DNA from: Bdellovibrio sp.
GTDB lineage: Bacteria; Bdellovibrionota; Bdellovibrionia; Bdellovibrionales; Bdellovibrionaceae
Length of the DNA stretch: 64,000 bases
NCBI GenBank assembly: GCA_036677065.1
Contig: JAKFBS010000002.1
Location: forward strand, 864,001-928,000
Direction of reading: 5' to 3'
Positions 9,949 to 20,292 of the stretch are shown in pieces. The notes under the pieces are model-generated. The model was not told the DNA's origin. It worked only from the letters and a program-made list of their open reading frames with translations, and did not search any database. Position numbers and translations under genes: made by a program. How positions within the stretch are numbered: the first letter of the stretch is position 1; the number at the start of each line of letters is the position of its first letter.

Positions 9949-10551
9949 ATGTCTCGATTGCAGAAAATTTTCATTAGTGGTTTGGTTGCGTTTTTACCTA
10001 TAGCTTTATCGATCTATGTTTTGATGATCGGCGTCTCACTCATCGAAAATATGTTTGGTCAATTTTTGCGGCAAGTTCTACCTGCAGGTACATATATTCC
10101 GGGTTTTGGTTTTTTAGCGACGATCGCTTTTATTTTATTATTAGGGGTTTTAGTTGATAACTTTATCACCGCCACTTTTTTTCGCCGCCTGCAAGAAAAG
10201 CTGCGCGAAGTCCCCTTAGTTAAAGTTATTTATTCGCCGCTACGCGATTTAATGAATCTTTTCGCCAAAGGCCAACAACAACAAACCATGCAAAAAGTGG
10301 TATTGGTGCACTTCACAAAATCACATTCTGTTTTAGGGCTTGTTACGCGCGAGTCTTTTAAAGATTTAGATATAAAGTTATCAATAGCTGCTGATAGAAT
10401 TGCTGTGTATATCCCCATGAGTTACGGCCTTGGCGGTTACACTGTTTTAGTGAATAAAGCTGATGTTGAAGCTGTTGATATGCCCATTGAAAAAGCGATG
10501 AGTTTAGCCTTAACCGGCTGGATTAAAACGGATCCTGACCCACAAAAATAG
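9949..10551 (+). CDS. DUF502 family membrane protein
   Basis: Two N-terminal TMs, IPGFG, P.VK.IYS, LG.VT, VYIP motifs. Confidence 0.85.
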   Translation: MSRLQKIFISGLVAFLPIALSIYVLMIGVSLIENMFGQFLRQVLPAGTYIPGFGFLATIAFILLLGVLVDNFITATFFRRLQEKLREVPLVKVIYSPLRDLMNLFAKGQQQQTMQKVVLVHFTKSHSVLGLVTRESFKDLDIKLSIAADRIAVYIPMSYGLGGYTVLVNKADVEAVDMPIEKAMSLALTGWIKTDPDPQK

Positions 10552-10572
10552 GCCAAAAAAGCAGGAGGCCAT

Positions 10573-11973
10573 TTGAGCACACAAAGAACCCAATCCATTT
10601 CTGAAAAAGCTTTAGATATTAATTTAGATCCACAACGTTATGGATCGTTTGCCGAAATTGGTGCTGGCCAAGAAGTAGCCCGTCAGTTTTTTCAAGCTGG
10701 CAAAGCGTCGCAAACGATTGCTCTTACAATCTCAGCCTATGATATGACGTTCAGTGATATTATTTACGGTAAAGAAAAATCTGGCCGCTATGTTTGTGAA
10801 TCACGAGTTCATAAAATGTTAGACCGCGAGTATGAAAAATTAGTTGAACGCTTAGGATCAACGCGCGGTAAAAACACGGCCTTTTTTTCGTTTGCAGATA
10901 CTGTAGCTACAGGTTCTGAAGGTAAAAAAAATTCACACGGCTGGATGGGTGTAAAGTTTCAACATAAACCCGGTGTGGCACCTTCTGAAGTTGTTTTGCA
11001 TATGCGTTTACTTGACCGTCATCGTTTACAACAGCAAGAAACCTTAAGCATGTTAGGTGTAAACCTGCTGCATTCTGCATTTTACAAAACGACTAACCCG
11101 CTTGAATTTATCGAAAGCCTATTTGATAAAATCAAATCAGGATCTATTGCAGTTGATGCCATTCATTTTACTGGCGAGGCCTTTAAAAAGTTTGATGAAT
11201 TAGCCCTTAATTTAACGATGGTTGAATTAGGCTGGTCTGAAGCGATCTTTATCAATGCCGAAGGCAAAGTGCAAAATGCCAGTGATGCCCTATTTGCTAA
11301 AGATATTTTAGTTCAGCGCGCCTTTTATAATCCGGTCACAAATACCCATTTAGATGTTATGGATAAAGGCACAAAACACTTCAGTAAAGAGTACGGCACG
11401 CGCACCAGTGATGTCGTCAATTTATTTGAATTTACCCTGAATAATCGTTTAAAAAACACTCAGATTTCAGTCGCTGAAGCCTTAAAAAAAGTAAAGATGA
11501 TTTCTTCACTTAAAAAGCCCGTGCTAGTCAGCAACTTTACTTTATTCTACAAATTAAAAGAACATCTGCGTGGCATGTCTGATAAGCCCTTAGGAATCGT
11601 GATCGGTGCTACCCACTTAGAAAAACTGTTTGATGAAAAGTTTTATTTCGATTTACCGGGTGGCATTTTAGAAGGCATGGGTAAACTTGTAGATAGCAAA
11701 ACTCACCTTTACATCTACCCCCATAAAACAGAGCTTATGTGCTTACAGGTTCGAAGCTTTCGCCCAAAACCTGCGATCAAGCATATTTATTCTCACCTGT
11801 TAGAAAATCAATTAATTCAAGATATCGCCGGCTGTGATGAGATTCAGGAATTCGTTCATTCTGACGACATCTTAAATCTAGTAAAGAAAAAAGATAACCG
11901 CTGGAAAAAACTTGTTCCTGAATCAGTGCAATCGATCTGGATCGAACAGGTTAAAACCGAAGCCCGTAAGTAA
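10573..11973 (+). CDS. conserved protein with a probable C-terminal nucleotidyltransferase (NadD-like) fold
   Basis: INLD...YGSFAEIGAGQEVAR, SAYDM.FSD.IYG and HGWMG motifs of a widespread conserved family; YNPVTNTH resembles a HIGH-type segment. Confidence 0.5.
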   Translation: MSTQRTQSISEKALDINLDPQRYGSFAEIGAGQEVARQFFQAGKASQTIALTISAYDMTFSDIIYGKEKSGRYVCESRVHKMLDREYEKLVERLGSTRGKNTAFFSFADTVATGSEGKKNSHGWMGVKFQHKPGVAPSEVVLHMRLLDRHRLQQQETLSMLGVNLLHSAFYKTTNPLEFIESLFDKIKSGSIAVDAIHFTGEAFKKFDELALNLTMVELGWSEAIFINAEGKVQNASDALFAKDILVQRAFYNPVTNTHLDVMDKGTKHFSKEYGTRTSDVVNLFEFTLNNRLKNTQISVAEALKKVKMISSLKKPVLVSNFTLFYKLKEHLRGMSDKPLGIVIGATHLEKLFDEKFYFDLPGGILEGMGKLVDSKTHLYIYPHKTELMCLQVRSFRPKPAIKHIYSHLLENQLIQDIAGCDEIQEFVHSDDILNLVKKKDNRWKKLVPESVQSIWIEQVKTEARK

Positions 11974-12041
11974 ACCTTTAGCCTAAGACACGGGCTAGTC
12001 CAGTTCAAACTTTACCCATTATTCGATAAACTAGTAGGCGT

Positions 12042-12764
12042 ATGAAACATATCTACGCCTTTTTTATTTTCATCGCTATCGCTTCAACAACTTTCGCAGC
12101 CAGTAACTGGAAAAACTCGGCCATCAAACTGAGTGCTGATCCCGAGCTTCGAGCACAGGGTGTAAAAGAATTAAAAGAAATTAAAAACTTATCTGAACAA
12201 CTCAGTCAGAGTTTTAAAACAGACCGTGCCTTAGTTTTACAAGTCGTTCGCGAACTTGAGATTCGTGATTTTTTACCCCGTCTGTTTGAAATGATCACTC
12301 ATTTAAATGGCCGTGATCTTTCATATGACGTCGTGCAAACGGCCACTTATTTGTCTCAAGAAAAAAACCAACCTGAGCTGACAAAGCTTTACAGCAGCAA
12401 GTTAGAAACAGCAAAACTTACAGACACTACGACCTTAGCTTTGCTGCTGGGTTTGCAAAAATTTAATTACCCGATCGAAGAAACAAAATTAATCAGCTAT
12501 CTAGAACATTCATCGTATGAAGTTCGTATCGCTGCCGTTGAAATGGCGCAAGCTCTTGGTAAAGACAAAAAATCTTACGCTAAGGTATTTCAGAAAGCGA
12601 TCACGACTTCGCCTTACCAGGTCAGAATGGTGGCCTACAGCGAATTTATGACCAACGCCGATTTAAAAAAATCTCATCAAGCAGATCTTAACAAAGCCTG
12701 CGGCCAAGAAAAAAATGACAACGCCAAAGAGCTTTGCCAAAAACTAAATGGCGGCAAAAAATAA
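12042..12764 (+). CDS. secreted HEAT-repeat-like protein
   Basis: Signal peptide; helical repeats YEVRIAAV and YQVRMVAY. Confidence 0.55.
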   Translation: MKHIYAFFIFIAIASTTFAASNWKNSAIKLSADPELRAQGVKELKEIKNLSEQLSQSFKTDRALVLQVVRELEIRDFLPRLFEMITHLNGRDLSYDVVQTATYLSQEKNQPELTKLYSSKLETAKLTDTTTLALLLGLQKFNYPIEETKLISYLEHSSYEVRIAAVEMAQALGKDKKSYAKVFQKAITTSPYQVRMVAYSEFMTNADLKKSHQADLNKACGQEKNDNAKELCQKLNGGKK

Positions 12765-13774
12765 TGCGCCATTCAGTTTTATTATTTACTCTACTGTTTT
12801 CAGTTTCAGCGTTTTCCCAAGCCGATAAGGCCTGTCGCGAATCTTATGAAAAAATGTATGCTGATGGTGAATTAACGCTGAATTTGTTTTTAGGCTACTC
12901 AGATAATGAAGATTACGTCGATGACGTTATTTCGAAAGCCAACTATGTTGAAACCATCACTGCAAATTGCGATGAAGAAACTCTTGTAACAGAACTTTGC
13001 GGATTTAAACGTGATCCGGATGACGCTGACATCTTCACAAAAACTATTACACGTGCTAATGGTAAAACCGATAAAATTAAATTAAGAATCACAAGTTCTG
13101 CTGTAACATCAAGTAACCATGTAAATACAGGTACGAGCAAATCCAGCCAAGATAAAAAATCAGCGCAAACCGAAGCTAAATTTTTAAAAGCCCTACAAAC
13201 TGATGATGTCGTGATTTACAACGGCCATGCGCGCAGAGGCACAGGCCCCGGATTCAAACCTATGGGTAACGCAGACTGGGTAAAAGCTGTTGCTATGAAA
13301 CAATCTTTGCAAAAAATGGTTCACGCACTGAAAACCGCTAAAAAAACTCCTGCAATCATCGGCATGATTACCTGTGAAGGCGAATCTCACTACGGCAAGG
13401 CCCTTCAAGATGCAGCACCTAATTCGGGCTTACTCTTAACCCGTCAAACGACTTCGTTTTCTGATTCAGATGTCATCGTGAAAAATTCACTAGATAACAT
13501 TCTACAAAAAAAATGCGCGCCAGCGTTCAGAAAAAGTATTCAGAATTCAGTTAAAGATATTTACAATTCACCGCTTGATGGAGCTGATAACTACAAAGAC
13601 AAACTTCCCGAAATTTATAATTTCTTTGAAGTGAATAAAAAGAAATTTCCACCAGCACGTGGTGCGATTTTAACTTTGATTAATGGACAGTACGAAGAGC
13701 TCTCTGACCGCGATCGTGAAGCGGCCAAAGAACGCACCAGAACTAAACCGGCGCAAACTGATAATCCCCGCTAA
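12764..13774 (+). CDS. secreted hypothetical protein
   Basis: Signal peptide MRHSVLL...AFSQA; TAATG overlap with the upstream gene; VIYNGHAR.G and ITC motifs suggest an alpha/beta (caspase/CHAT-like) domain. Confidence 0.6.
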   Translation: MRHSVLLFTLLFSVSAFSQADKACRESYEKMYADGELTLNLFLGYSDNEDYVDDVISKANYVETITANCDEETLVTELCGFKRDPDDADIFTKTITRANGKTDKIKLRITSSAVTSSNHVNTGTSKSSQDKKSAQTEAKFLKALQTDDVVIYNGHARRGTGPGFKPMGNADWVKAVAMKQSLQKMVHALKTAKKTPAIIGMITCEGESHYGKALQDAAPNSGLLLTRQTTSFSDSDVIVKNSLDNILQKKCAPAFRKSIQNSVKDIYNSPLDGADNYKDKLPEIYNFFEVNKKKFPPARGAILTLINGQYEELSDRDREAAKERTRTKPAQTDNPR

Positions 13775-13778
13775 CAGA

Positions 13779-13794
13779 TCGGCCGATAGGCCGA
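13779..13794. terminator. hairpin between convergent genes
   Basis: TCGGCC-GATA-GGCCGA; no long U tract. Confidence 0.4.
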
Positions 13795-13802
13795 CCAACC
13801 AG

Positions 13803-15347
13803 CTACTTTACTGAATCAAGCCACTCGATAACTGATTGTACTGGTTGTCCTGTGGCAGAACCGCCGCTTAATGCGCCAGTTGATTTATCTGTCCAGCAGT
13901 ACACATCTAAATGCGCCCATTTTTTACCGTTCGCAAATTTTTGTAAAAACAATGCTGCTGTGATGGCGCCGCCGAAGCCGCCACCTGAATTTTTAAAATC
14001 AGCAAATTGTGAATTTAAATCGCTAAAATATTTTTGAACTAATGGCATTCTCCAGCTTGGTTCACCTGAACGCTGCCCGGCCGCCACGATTTGATTTGCT
14101 AATTTATCATCATTTGAAAATAAACCTGCCGTATCGCCGCCTAAAGCCACTTTGATCGCTCCGGTTAATGTCGCGATATCAATTAAGTATTCAGGTTCAT
14201 CAACTCCCGTTTTTTTCGCGGCCACATCCATTACATCAGCAAGAACAAGTCTGCCTTCAGCATCAGTGTTATCAATTTCAACTAAAAATCCTGCACGTGA
14301 TTTATAAACATCACCTGGACGCATTGAAAATCCATCCACTGAATTTTCGGCTAACGCTAAATAAAAATCACAAGGTCTATCATAACCTGTGCTATCAGCC
14401 CAAAAAGCTAACGCAAATACAGAGGCTGCGCCGCCCATATCTTTTTTCATTAAGCGCATTGCAGCCGATGGTTTGATATCGAGTCCGCCAGTATCAAAAG
14501 TAATCCCTTTACCAACGAAAGCGATTGGCTTTTTATTTTTTGCTTTTGCTTTCGGGCGGTATTTAAAATGAAGCATTCTTGGAGCCGTGGCAGAACCTGC
14601 CCCAGTAGCTAAAAGTAAGCCCATGCCTTCGGCTTCACATTTTTTTTCATCCCATACGATGATTTCAGTATTTTTAGAAAATGGTAAATCATATGCTAAT
14701 TGTTCAACTGTTGCAGGGTTTACAATATTTGGCGGTAAGTTTGTTAAATGACGTGCGATTTGCACAGCCGATGCTTTAGCTAACGCTGCCGATAAATTTT
14801 CAGCCTTAATATTTAACTGAACCATTAACGGCTCAGCTTTGACGGCATTAATTTTTAAATGATTAATAAAAATGTAACTTGCAAGTTCCATCCCGACAAC
14901 AGCCCCTTCAGTCACCTCAGGAGTTGCGCCTTGAAAATAGATCGAAACACTTTTTAATTTTAATGCCCGAGCTTGAGTTAAAACCGTGCCGAATTGATCA
15001 CGCGCAAAGGCATAACCTGATTCATTTAAAATTCCGCCGTGATCTGTTGCTGCAGAAGTTGATTCAAATAAGATCCACACTGGACCATTGCGCCCGATAA
15101 AGTGAATATTTTTTTTGTCGGATTTTTTTAATTCATCAATTTGAAAATCAAGCGCATGCGTTTCAACTAGGGCTTCAAGATTTTTCTGCTTGTTTTTTGC
15201 TTCTTTTGCACCGAAAAAATAAATGATCGCATCACACTCAGATAATTTGTTGAAATTAGCGACTGGACTATAGTTGATAAGCGGAGTTAGTAAAGCGCTA
15301 AACGAGTTTTTGGTTTTTGTGGCGGTTTTTTTCATATATTTCTCCAA
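13803..15347 (-). CDS. M17 leucyl aminopeptidase (PepA/PepB family)
   Basis: VGKGITFDTGG, MKKDMGGAA, NTDAEGRLVLAD, ATLTGA, WAHLD. Confidence 0.95.
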   Translation of the reverse strand: MEKYMKKTATKTKNSFSALLTPLINYSPVANFNKLSECDAIIYFFGAKEAKNKQKNLEALVETHALDFQIDELKKSDKKNIHFIGRNGPVWILFESTSAATDHGGILNESGYAFARDQFGTVLTQARALKLKSVSIYFQGATPEVTEGAVVGMELASYIFINHLKINAVKAEPLMVQLNIKAENLSAALAKASAVQIARHLTNLPPNIVNPATVEQLAYDLPFSKNTEIIVWDEKKCEAEGMGLLLATGAGSATAPRMLHFKYRPKAKAKNKKPIAFVGKGITFDTGGLDIKPSAAMRLMKKDMGGAASVFALAFWADSTGYDRPCDFYLALAENSVDGFSMRPGDVYKSRAGFLVEIDNTDAEGRLVLADVMDVAAKKTGVDEPEYLIDIATLTGAIKVALGGDTAGLFSNDDKLANQIVAAGQRSGEPSWRMPLVQKYFSDLNSQFADFKNSGGGFGGAITAALFLQKFANGKKWAHLDVYCWTDKSTGALSGGSATGQPVQSVIEWLDSVK

Positions 15348-15390
15348 TACAACTACACTTTACTCACTCGTCTGTTAAAATCAATACGAG

Positions 15391-16401
15391 ATGCTTAATT
15401 CTGTGAACCTGAAATTCTGCCTGTATAACGTTGAAAACCTGTTTTTGCTTTTTGACCAGCCTGTGCCTAAAAACTTCGAAAAGATGGAAGAAGCCCAATG
15501 GCAAAAGCTTTCAACCTCGATTTACGAGAACAAACCACTTTTTAAATTGCAGCACCTTGCACGCACGATTCGCGACGCGAATGCTGACATCGTTATGCTT
15601 TGCGAAGTGGGCGGCATTGAATCTTTGAAGAATTTTAACACGCTCTTCTTAAATAGCGAGTACTCACCCATCCTGATTGAAGGCAACTCAGACCGCAATA
15701 TCGATGTCGGTTACTTGATTCGCAAAAATCAGAGCTTTTATTTTGATCTTTTAACGCACAAAAACCGCGATCTTAATTTTTTGTATCCTCACGAAATTCA
15801 ATCTAAAGAGAAAAACTATCCCGTTAAAGTGATCAGCCATAAACTTTCTAGAGATTGCGCAGAGCTTCGTTTATTCACCCGCGAAATTGAAAAGCCATTT
15901 TTGATTGTTTTACTGACACATTTAAAGTCGCCGCTAGACCCTGAACGCATTGATCCAAACGGAACAGAGCGACGCAGCGCTGAGCTAAAAACCTGCTTAG
16001 AAATCTACACAGAGCTTGCGCAGCAGTTCAGCGACTGCCCTATTATTTTTGCCGGCGACTTCAATGGCCAAGCAAGTTCTGCGAATACAGATCGCGAATT
16101 TGTGCCTTTACATCAGACAACGACGCTTAAAGATATTTTTGAGCTGGCGAATGTAAATAGTGACAATCGCTACACTTTTTATCAAGTTCGCTCTGGCTTA
16201 CGCTCAGATGGCAGACAAATCGATTACTGCTTTATTGATGAAAAATTCAAGCATCACTTAAACCTAGCAAGTGTGGCTGTGTGTGACTACAAAGATGAAT
16301 TCGGAAGCTCAATTAAAAAGCCAGAAACCTTAGAGCAAAAAATGGCGTTGCCGTCAGATCATTACCCCATCGTATTTACTCTTGATAACATAAAAATTTA
16401 G
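15391..16401 (+). CDS. endonuclease/exonuclease/phosphatase family protein
   Basis: YNVENL, LCEV, THLKS, GDFN, IDY, SDHYP. Confidence 0.9.
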   Translation: MLNSVNLKFCLYNVENLFLLFDQPVPKNFEKMEEAQWQKLSTSIYENKPLFKLQHLARTIRDANADIVMLCEVGGIESLKNFNTLFLNSEYSPILIEGNSDRNIDVGYLIRKNQSFYFDLLTHKNRDLNFLYPHEIQSKEKNYPVKVISHKLSRDCAELRLFTREIEKPFLIVLLTHLKSPLDPERIDPNGTERRSAELKTCLEIYTELAQQFSDCPIIFAGDFNGQASSANTDREFVPLHQTTTLKDIFELANVNSDNRYTFYQVRSGLRSDGRQIDYCFIDEKFKHHLNLASVAVCDYKDEFGSSIKKPETLEQKMALPSDHYPIVFTLDNIKI

Positions 16402-16416
16402 TGTCAGCATATTTTT

Positions 16417-16809
16417 ATGAGTTTGAAGAAGATACCGTTACATGCGAATTTTCAAGTGAGCGCTTTAAGCGTTTACGTAGCAAACGAATCTCAGCCTGAT
16501 AAACGCATTCATCTTTTCGCCTACAAAGTCACAATCAAAAACACAGGAACATCACCGGCGCAGTTAGTTTCGCGTCAATGGACTATTACTGATGGTTTAG
16601 GCCATTCAGAAGAAGTTCGCGGACCAGGTGTTGTGGGCTTACAACCTCGCATTATGCCAAACCAAGTTTTCGAATACGAAAGCGCCTGCCCTTTATCTAC
16701 AAGTTCAGGCAGCATGAAAGGCACTTATCAGTTTATGTCTGATGAGGGCGAACCTTTTAATGTAGAAATTCCTGAATTCTACTTAATCGCACCGCAGGCC
16801 GTACACTAA
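16417..16809 (+). CDS. apaG: ApaG
   Basis: FAYKVTI.N, QLVSR.W.ITD, VRGPGVVG.QP, GSMKGTY. Confidence 0.95.
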   Translation: MSLKKIPLHANFQVSALSVYVANESQPDKRIHLFAYKVTIKNTGTSPAQLVSRQWTITDGLGHSEEVRGPGVVGLQPRIMPNQVFEYESACPLSTSSGSMKGTYQFMSDEGEPFNVEIPEFYLIAPQAVH

Positions 16810-16830
16810 TCAGCTTCCGCAAGCGGTTTA

Positions 16831-17181
16831 TTAATATCTAACACTCAGGTTCTTCAAACCCATCGCTGCTAAATTGCGAGCGATAACTGATCTTGCGCAC
16901 GAAGCCGAAACCAAAAGATAAAATCTTCTTCTACCTTTGTAGTCTAAATTAAACTGACTTGAAATCTGCTCAGCTTTTTTACGCGACAAACCACGCTGAT
17001 TTAATAAAACTTGATTCAAATGAATAGGATTCATACCAATATCACTAGCAAACCTTCTTATCGAATAGCCAAGGTTATTATACCTCCGAAATCTATACTC
17101 GTCTAAAATGACCTCAATTAACTTCTTACGAAGTTCCATTTTCAATTTCTTTAGTTTCTCTATTTCAGATTGCCGTTTCAT
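16831..17181 (-). CDS. stand-alone XRE-like HTH protein resembling the N-terminus of TIGR02147/DUF4423 proteins
   Basis: YSIRRFASDIGMNPIHLNQVLLNQRGLS. Confidence 0.55.
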   Translation of the reverse strand: MKRQSEIEKLKKLKMELRKKLIEVILDEYRFRRYNNLGYSIRRFASDIGMNPIHLNQVLLNQRGLSRKKAEQISSQFNLDYKGRRRFYLLVSASCARSVIARNLAAMGLKNLSVRY

Positions 17182-17269
17182 ACAGGGTTTTCAATGCAAA
17201 CCAACCTCCCGATTTAAAAGAATTACCTTTCAAATTGCGTACGAATAACGGAATTACCTATATTGCTTA

Positions 17270-17328
17270 TTTTCCGACGCTCGGGGTTTCAGCTAGCACT
17301 TGCTAGCTAGAACCCTGAGTGCGAAAAA
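17270..17328. repeat. long imperfect intergenic inverted repeat
   Basis: GCTCGGGGTTTCAGCTAGC-ACTT-GCTAGCTAGAACCCTGAGT, extendable to the flanking T and A runs. Confidence 0.7.
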
Positions 17329-17375
17329 GCGTCAAAGAAATCGCCCACAGCTCACATGGATTTATCTGAAACTAA

Positions 17376-17954
17376 TTAGATTCTAGATTGAGCAAATTGA
17401 ACTATTTGCGAAGCGGTTTCATACATTTGCCCGAAAGCCATTTTAGGATGATGGGTTTCGCCTTGTTCTGGTAAATACGGAACATGAACAAAGATTGATT
17501 GAATCAACGGGTTATTCTTTAAAACTTTAAAATATAGATTATTACAAACATAAGCTCCGGCTGAAAATGAAGTCTCGACCTTCAATCGACGATCAGCTAA
17601 AAATTCGGCCAAATCATCAACTGGAAAAGTCGACATTAAGGCTAGCTCACCATCAGCGATGCGACCTGTTTGCGGTACAAATTGGGCCTCATCGGCAAAT
17701 TTGGTTTGGTTCCAATTCAGGGCGATTTTTTCTAAATTGATATTTGCCCGGCCGCCCGCTTGGCCAAACATGATCACGAATTTTGGCTTATGCGTTTCGA
17801 TTTGTTTTTGCAATTCTAGATACGCACGATCGAACTCTACCGGTAAAACAACTGACTTTAAGTCTTGATAATTTACTTTAAGTTTTTCAACCAAGAGCTC
17901 GCTTGGATTAATTTTTTCATTTAAGAATGGTGCAAACCCAGAAATTAAGATCAT
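17376..17954 (-). CDS. pcp: pyroglutamyl-peptidase I
   Basis: SGFAPF...NPS, GQAGGR..I.LE..A.N, SAGAYVCN, FVHVP. Confidence 0.95.
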   Translation of the reverse strand: MILISGFAPFLNEKINPSELLVEKLKVNYQDLKSVVLPVEFDRAYLELQKQIETHKPKFVIMFGQAGGRANINLEKIALNWNQTKFADEAQFVPQTGRIADGELALMSTFPVDDLAEFLADRRLKVETSFSAGAYVCNNLYFKVLKNNPLIQSIFVHVPYLPEQGETHHPKMAFGQMYETASQIVQFAQSRI

Positions 17955-18571
17955 GGAAATCTAAGTGATGTTTTCCATTGATAATCAGTCAGCGCCGTCA
18001 CTTTATCTAAGGCATTTGTTGCGGTATAAACGTAGCGTTCATGCAGCCTGCCGTTACGACCAAACCAGAATTCAATCTCACGAGGCAAGATGCGGTAGCC
18101 TCCCCAATGCGGGGGGCGTGGTACTTTTTGGCCTTCGTATTTTTTTTCGAATTCAGCCATACGTTGATGAAACTGATCAAAACTTTGCAGCTCAGCTGAT
18201 TGAAGCGAGGCCCAGGCCCCTAACTGGCTTAATCGCACACGAGTTGCAAAATATTGATCAGATTCACTGTCTGTTAACCTTTGAGCGATGCCCGAGATAC
18301 GCACTTGTTCATCGACATGTGGCCAGTAGAAGTTAGCACAAATATTGGGGTTAAGATCTAGATCATGGCCTTTGCGGCCACCGTAATTAGTGTAAAAAGA
18401 AAACCCTCCGCGAATCATTCCTTTAAAGTACACGATTCGAACAGAGGGTTCATTTTTTTCGTTCACCGTCGCGATAGACATCGTTTGGTGCTCAGGGATT
18501 CCTTTGATCTGAGCTGCCTTTAATAAGCTTTGAAAATTCAAAAAAGGATCTTTCTTAAAATCAAAGCTCAT
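17951..18571 (-). CDS. pdxH: pyridoxine/pyridoxamine 5'-phosphate oxidase
   Basis: PSVRIV..K, FYTNY..RK, QVRI.G, GAWAS.QS, RPPHWGG, EFW..R..RLHER. Confidence 0.95.
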   Translation of the reverse strand: MSFDFKKDPFLNFQSLLKAAQIKGIPEHQTMSIATVNEKNEPSVRIVYFKGMIRGGFSFYTNYGGRKGHDLDLNPNICANFYWPHVDEQVRISGIAQRLTDSESDQYFATRVRLSQLGAWASLQSAELQSFDQFHQRMAEFEKKYEGQKVPRPPHWGGYRILPREIEFWFGRNGRLHERYVYTATNALDKVTALTDYQWKTSLRFP

Positions 18572-18602
18572 ATTGGCAACCCTTTCAAAGAAAAAAGTAT
18601 TA

Positions 18603-19316
18603 CTACTTTTTACCTTTTTTTGCAGCTGGAGCAGCAGGAGCCGCGCCGGCTTTAACGATATCTAATAATTCAACTTCAAATACTAATGCTGAATTTGGTG
18701 GAATACCTGGGCGACCAGATGCACCGTATGCTAATTCAGCAGGGATGAAAAGTTTGTACTTAGAACCAACTTTCATCATTTGTAATGCTTCAGTCCAACC
18801 TGGGATAACGCCGCCAACTGGAAATTCAGCTGGTTGACCACGGTCATAAGAAGAATCGAATTGTTCGCCAGTAGTTAATGTACCTTTGTAGTGACATTTA
18901 ACAGTGTCGTTTTTAGTTGGAGTTGGGCCAGTGCCTTCAGATACAACGATGTATTGTAATCCAGAAGCAGTAACTTTTACGCCTTCAGCAGTTTTATTTT
19001 TTTCTAAAAACTCAGCTGATTTGCCTTTGTTTTTATCGGCTTCTTCAGTTTGTTTTTTCATCGCCATTTCTTGTAACTTCATCATAGCTTTTTGGATTTC
19101 ATCTTCTTTTAATTCAGATTTTCCAGCCATAGCGTCTGTTAAAGAAGCTGCTAAAGTTTTTGCATCGATTTCGATGTTTTGAGCTTTTAAGTTACGGCCA
19201 ATTTGTTGACCGATAGCGTAGCTCGCCTGACCTTTGTCAGATTTAAGATCTGGCTTGTTACAGCCAACAAGTCCAATAACTGCCAATGTAGCAGTCACTA
19301 ACATGATTTTGTTCAT
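18603..19316 (-). CDS. FKBP-type peptidyl-prolyl isomerase (FkpA/Mip-like lipoprotein)
   Basis: LVGC lipobox, SYAIG, TASGLQY, HYKGTL, FDSSY.RG, VIPGW.E, IPPNS.L.FEVEL. Confidence 0.95.
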   Translation of the reverse strand: MNKIMLVTATLAVIGLVGCNKPDLKSDKGQASYAIGQQIGRNLKAQNIEIDAKTLAASLTDAMAGKSELKEDEIQKAMMKLQEMAMKKQTEEADKNKGKSAEFLEKNKTAEGVKVTASGLQYIVVSEGTGPTPTKNDTVKCHYKGTLTTGEQFDSSYDRGQPAEFPVGGVIPGWTEALQMMKVGSKYKLFIPAELAYGASGRPGIPPNSALVFEVELLDIVKAGAAPAAPAAKKGKK

Positions 19317-19419
19317 GGTGTGTTCTCCTGTGTGTGTTTCGTTTTCGTTTACGTTTTTTATAATTTACGTTTACACTAAAAAGCATGATCGAAATCCTAA
19401 ACATTTTCAATCACATAAC

Positions 19420-20292
19420 ATGCTGCACATAAGTCTTTATTTTTTAGCCTTGGTTTCACTCTCGACGTCACCAAATTGGGCAAAACTTAATCAAATGTCG
19501 GCGGCGACCTTAGGTTTTTACCGTTTAGCGGGGGCTGCAATCCTGCTTTTCGCCTATTTATTGTTGTCTAAAAAACTAAAAAAAATCAAATTTGACCAAA
19601 ACTTTGTCTGGGCACTGGCTTCAGGTTTTTTCTTTTTTTTACATCTGTGGACTTACAAATTCGCCTCTAAAAACACTCTTGTATCTAACACCATGATTTT
19701 GTTTGCGACAAACCCCGTCTGGGCCACTTTAGGCGGACAATTGTTCTTTAAAGAAAACATCAAACCCAGAGTGATTTTCTCTTATATGCTGGCCCTGATC
19801 GGCGTTTTTATGCTGGTCGCACAGAACCTGCAACTGACACCTGAAAACCACTTAGGCAATGTCTCGGCGCTAGTGTCTGCGTTTTTCTATGCCCTTTACA
19901 TGTTAACCAGCAAAAAAGCCCGGGCCCATATGGAAAACTTCGATTTTTCATTAGTTCTATACTCAACGTGTGCGTCGATGTTTGGAATTACAGTTCTTTC
20001 AACCGATTCGCCAATGACAGGCTTTGATGCGATCTCTTGGTGGTCAGTCTTAGGGTTAATTATACTACCAACATTCTTAGGCCACATGAGTTTTACTTAT
20101 CTGGTTAAACATATGAATCTAAGCTTGATGAGCTGCGGAAAGCTGATCGAACCTATTATTGCGACCATTTTTGCTTATTTCTTATTTAGCGAACATCTTG
20201 GCAGCAACGCCATTTACGCCTTTATTTTGACAGGTATTTCGGTACTTATTTTATTCTGGCCAAGCCTAAATAAACGCCCAAATATCTCTTAA
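19420..20292 (+). CDS. DMT/EamA family transporter
   Basis: About 10 TM segments in two repeats. Start moved to ATG 19420 because the longer ORF overlaps the PPIase. Confidence 0.85.
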   Translation: MLHISLYFLALVSLSTSPNWAKLNQMSAATLGFYRLAGAAILLFAYLLLSKKLKKIKFDQNFVWALASGFFFFLHLWTYKFASKNTLVSNTMILFATNPVWATLGGQLFFKENIKPRVIFSYMLALIGVFMLVAQNLQLTPENHLGNVSALVSAFFYALYMLTSKKARAHMENFDFSLVLYSTCASMFGITVLSTDSPMTGFDAISWWSVLGLIILPTFLGHMSFTYLVKHMNLSLMSCGKLIEPIIATIFAYFLFSEHLGSNAIYAFILTGISVLILFWPSLNKRPNIS

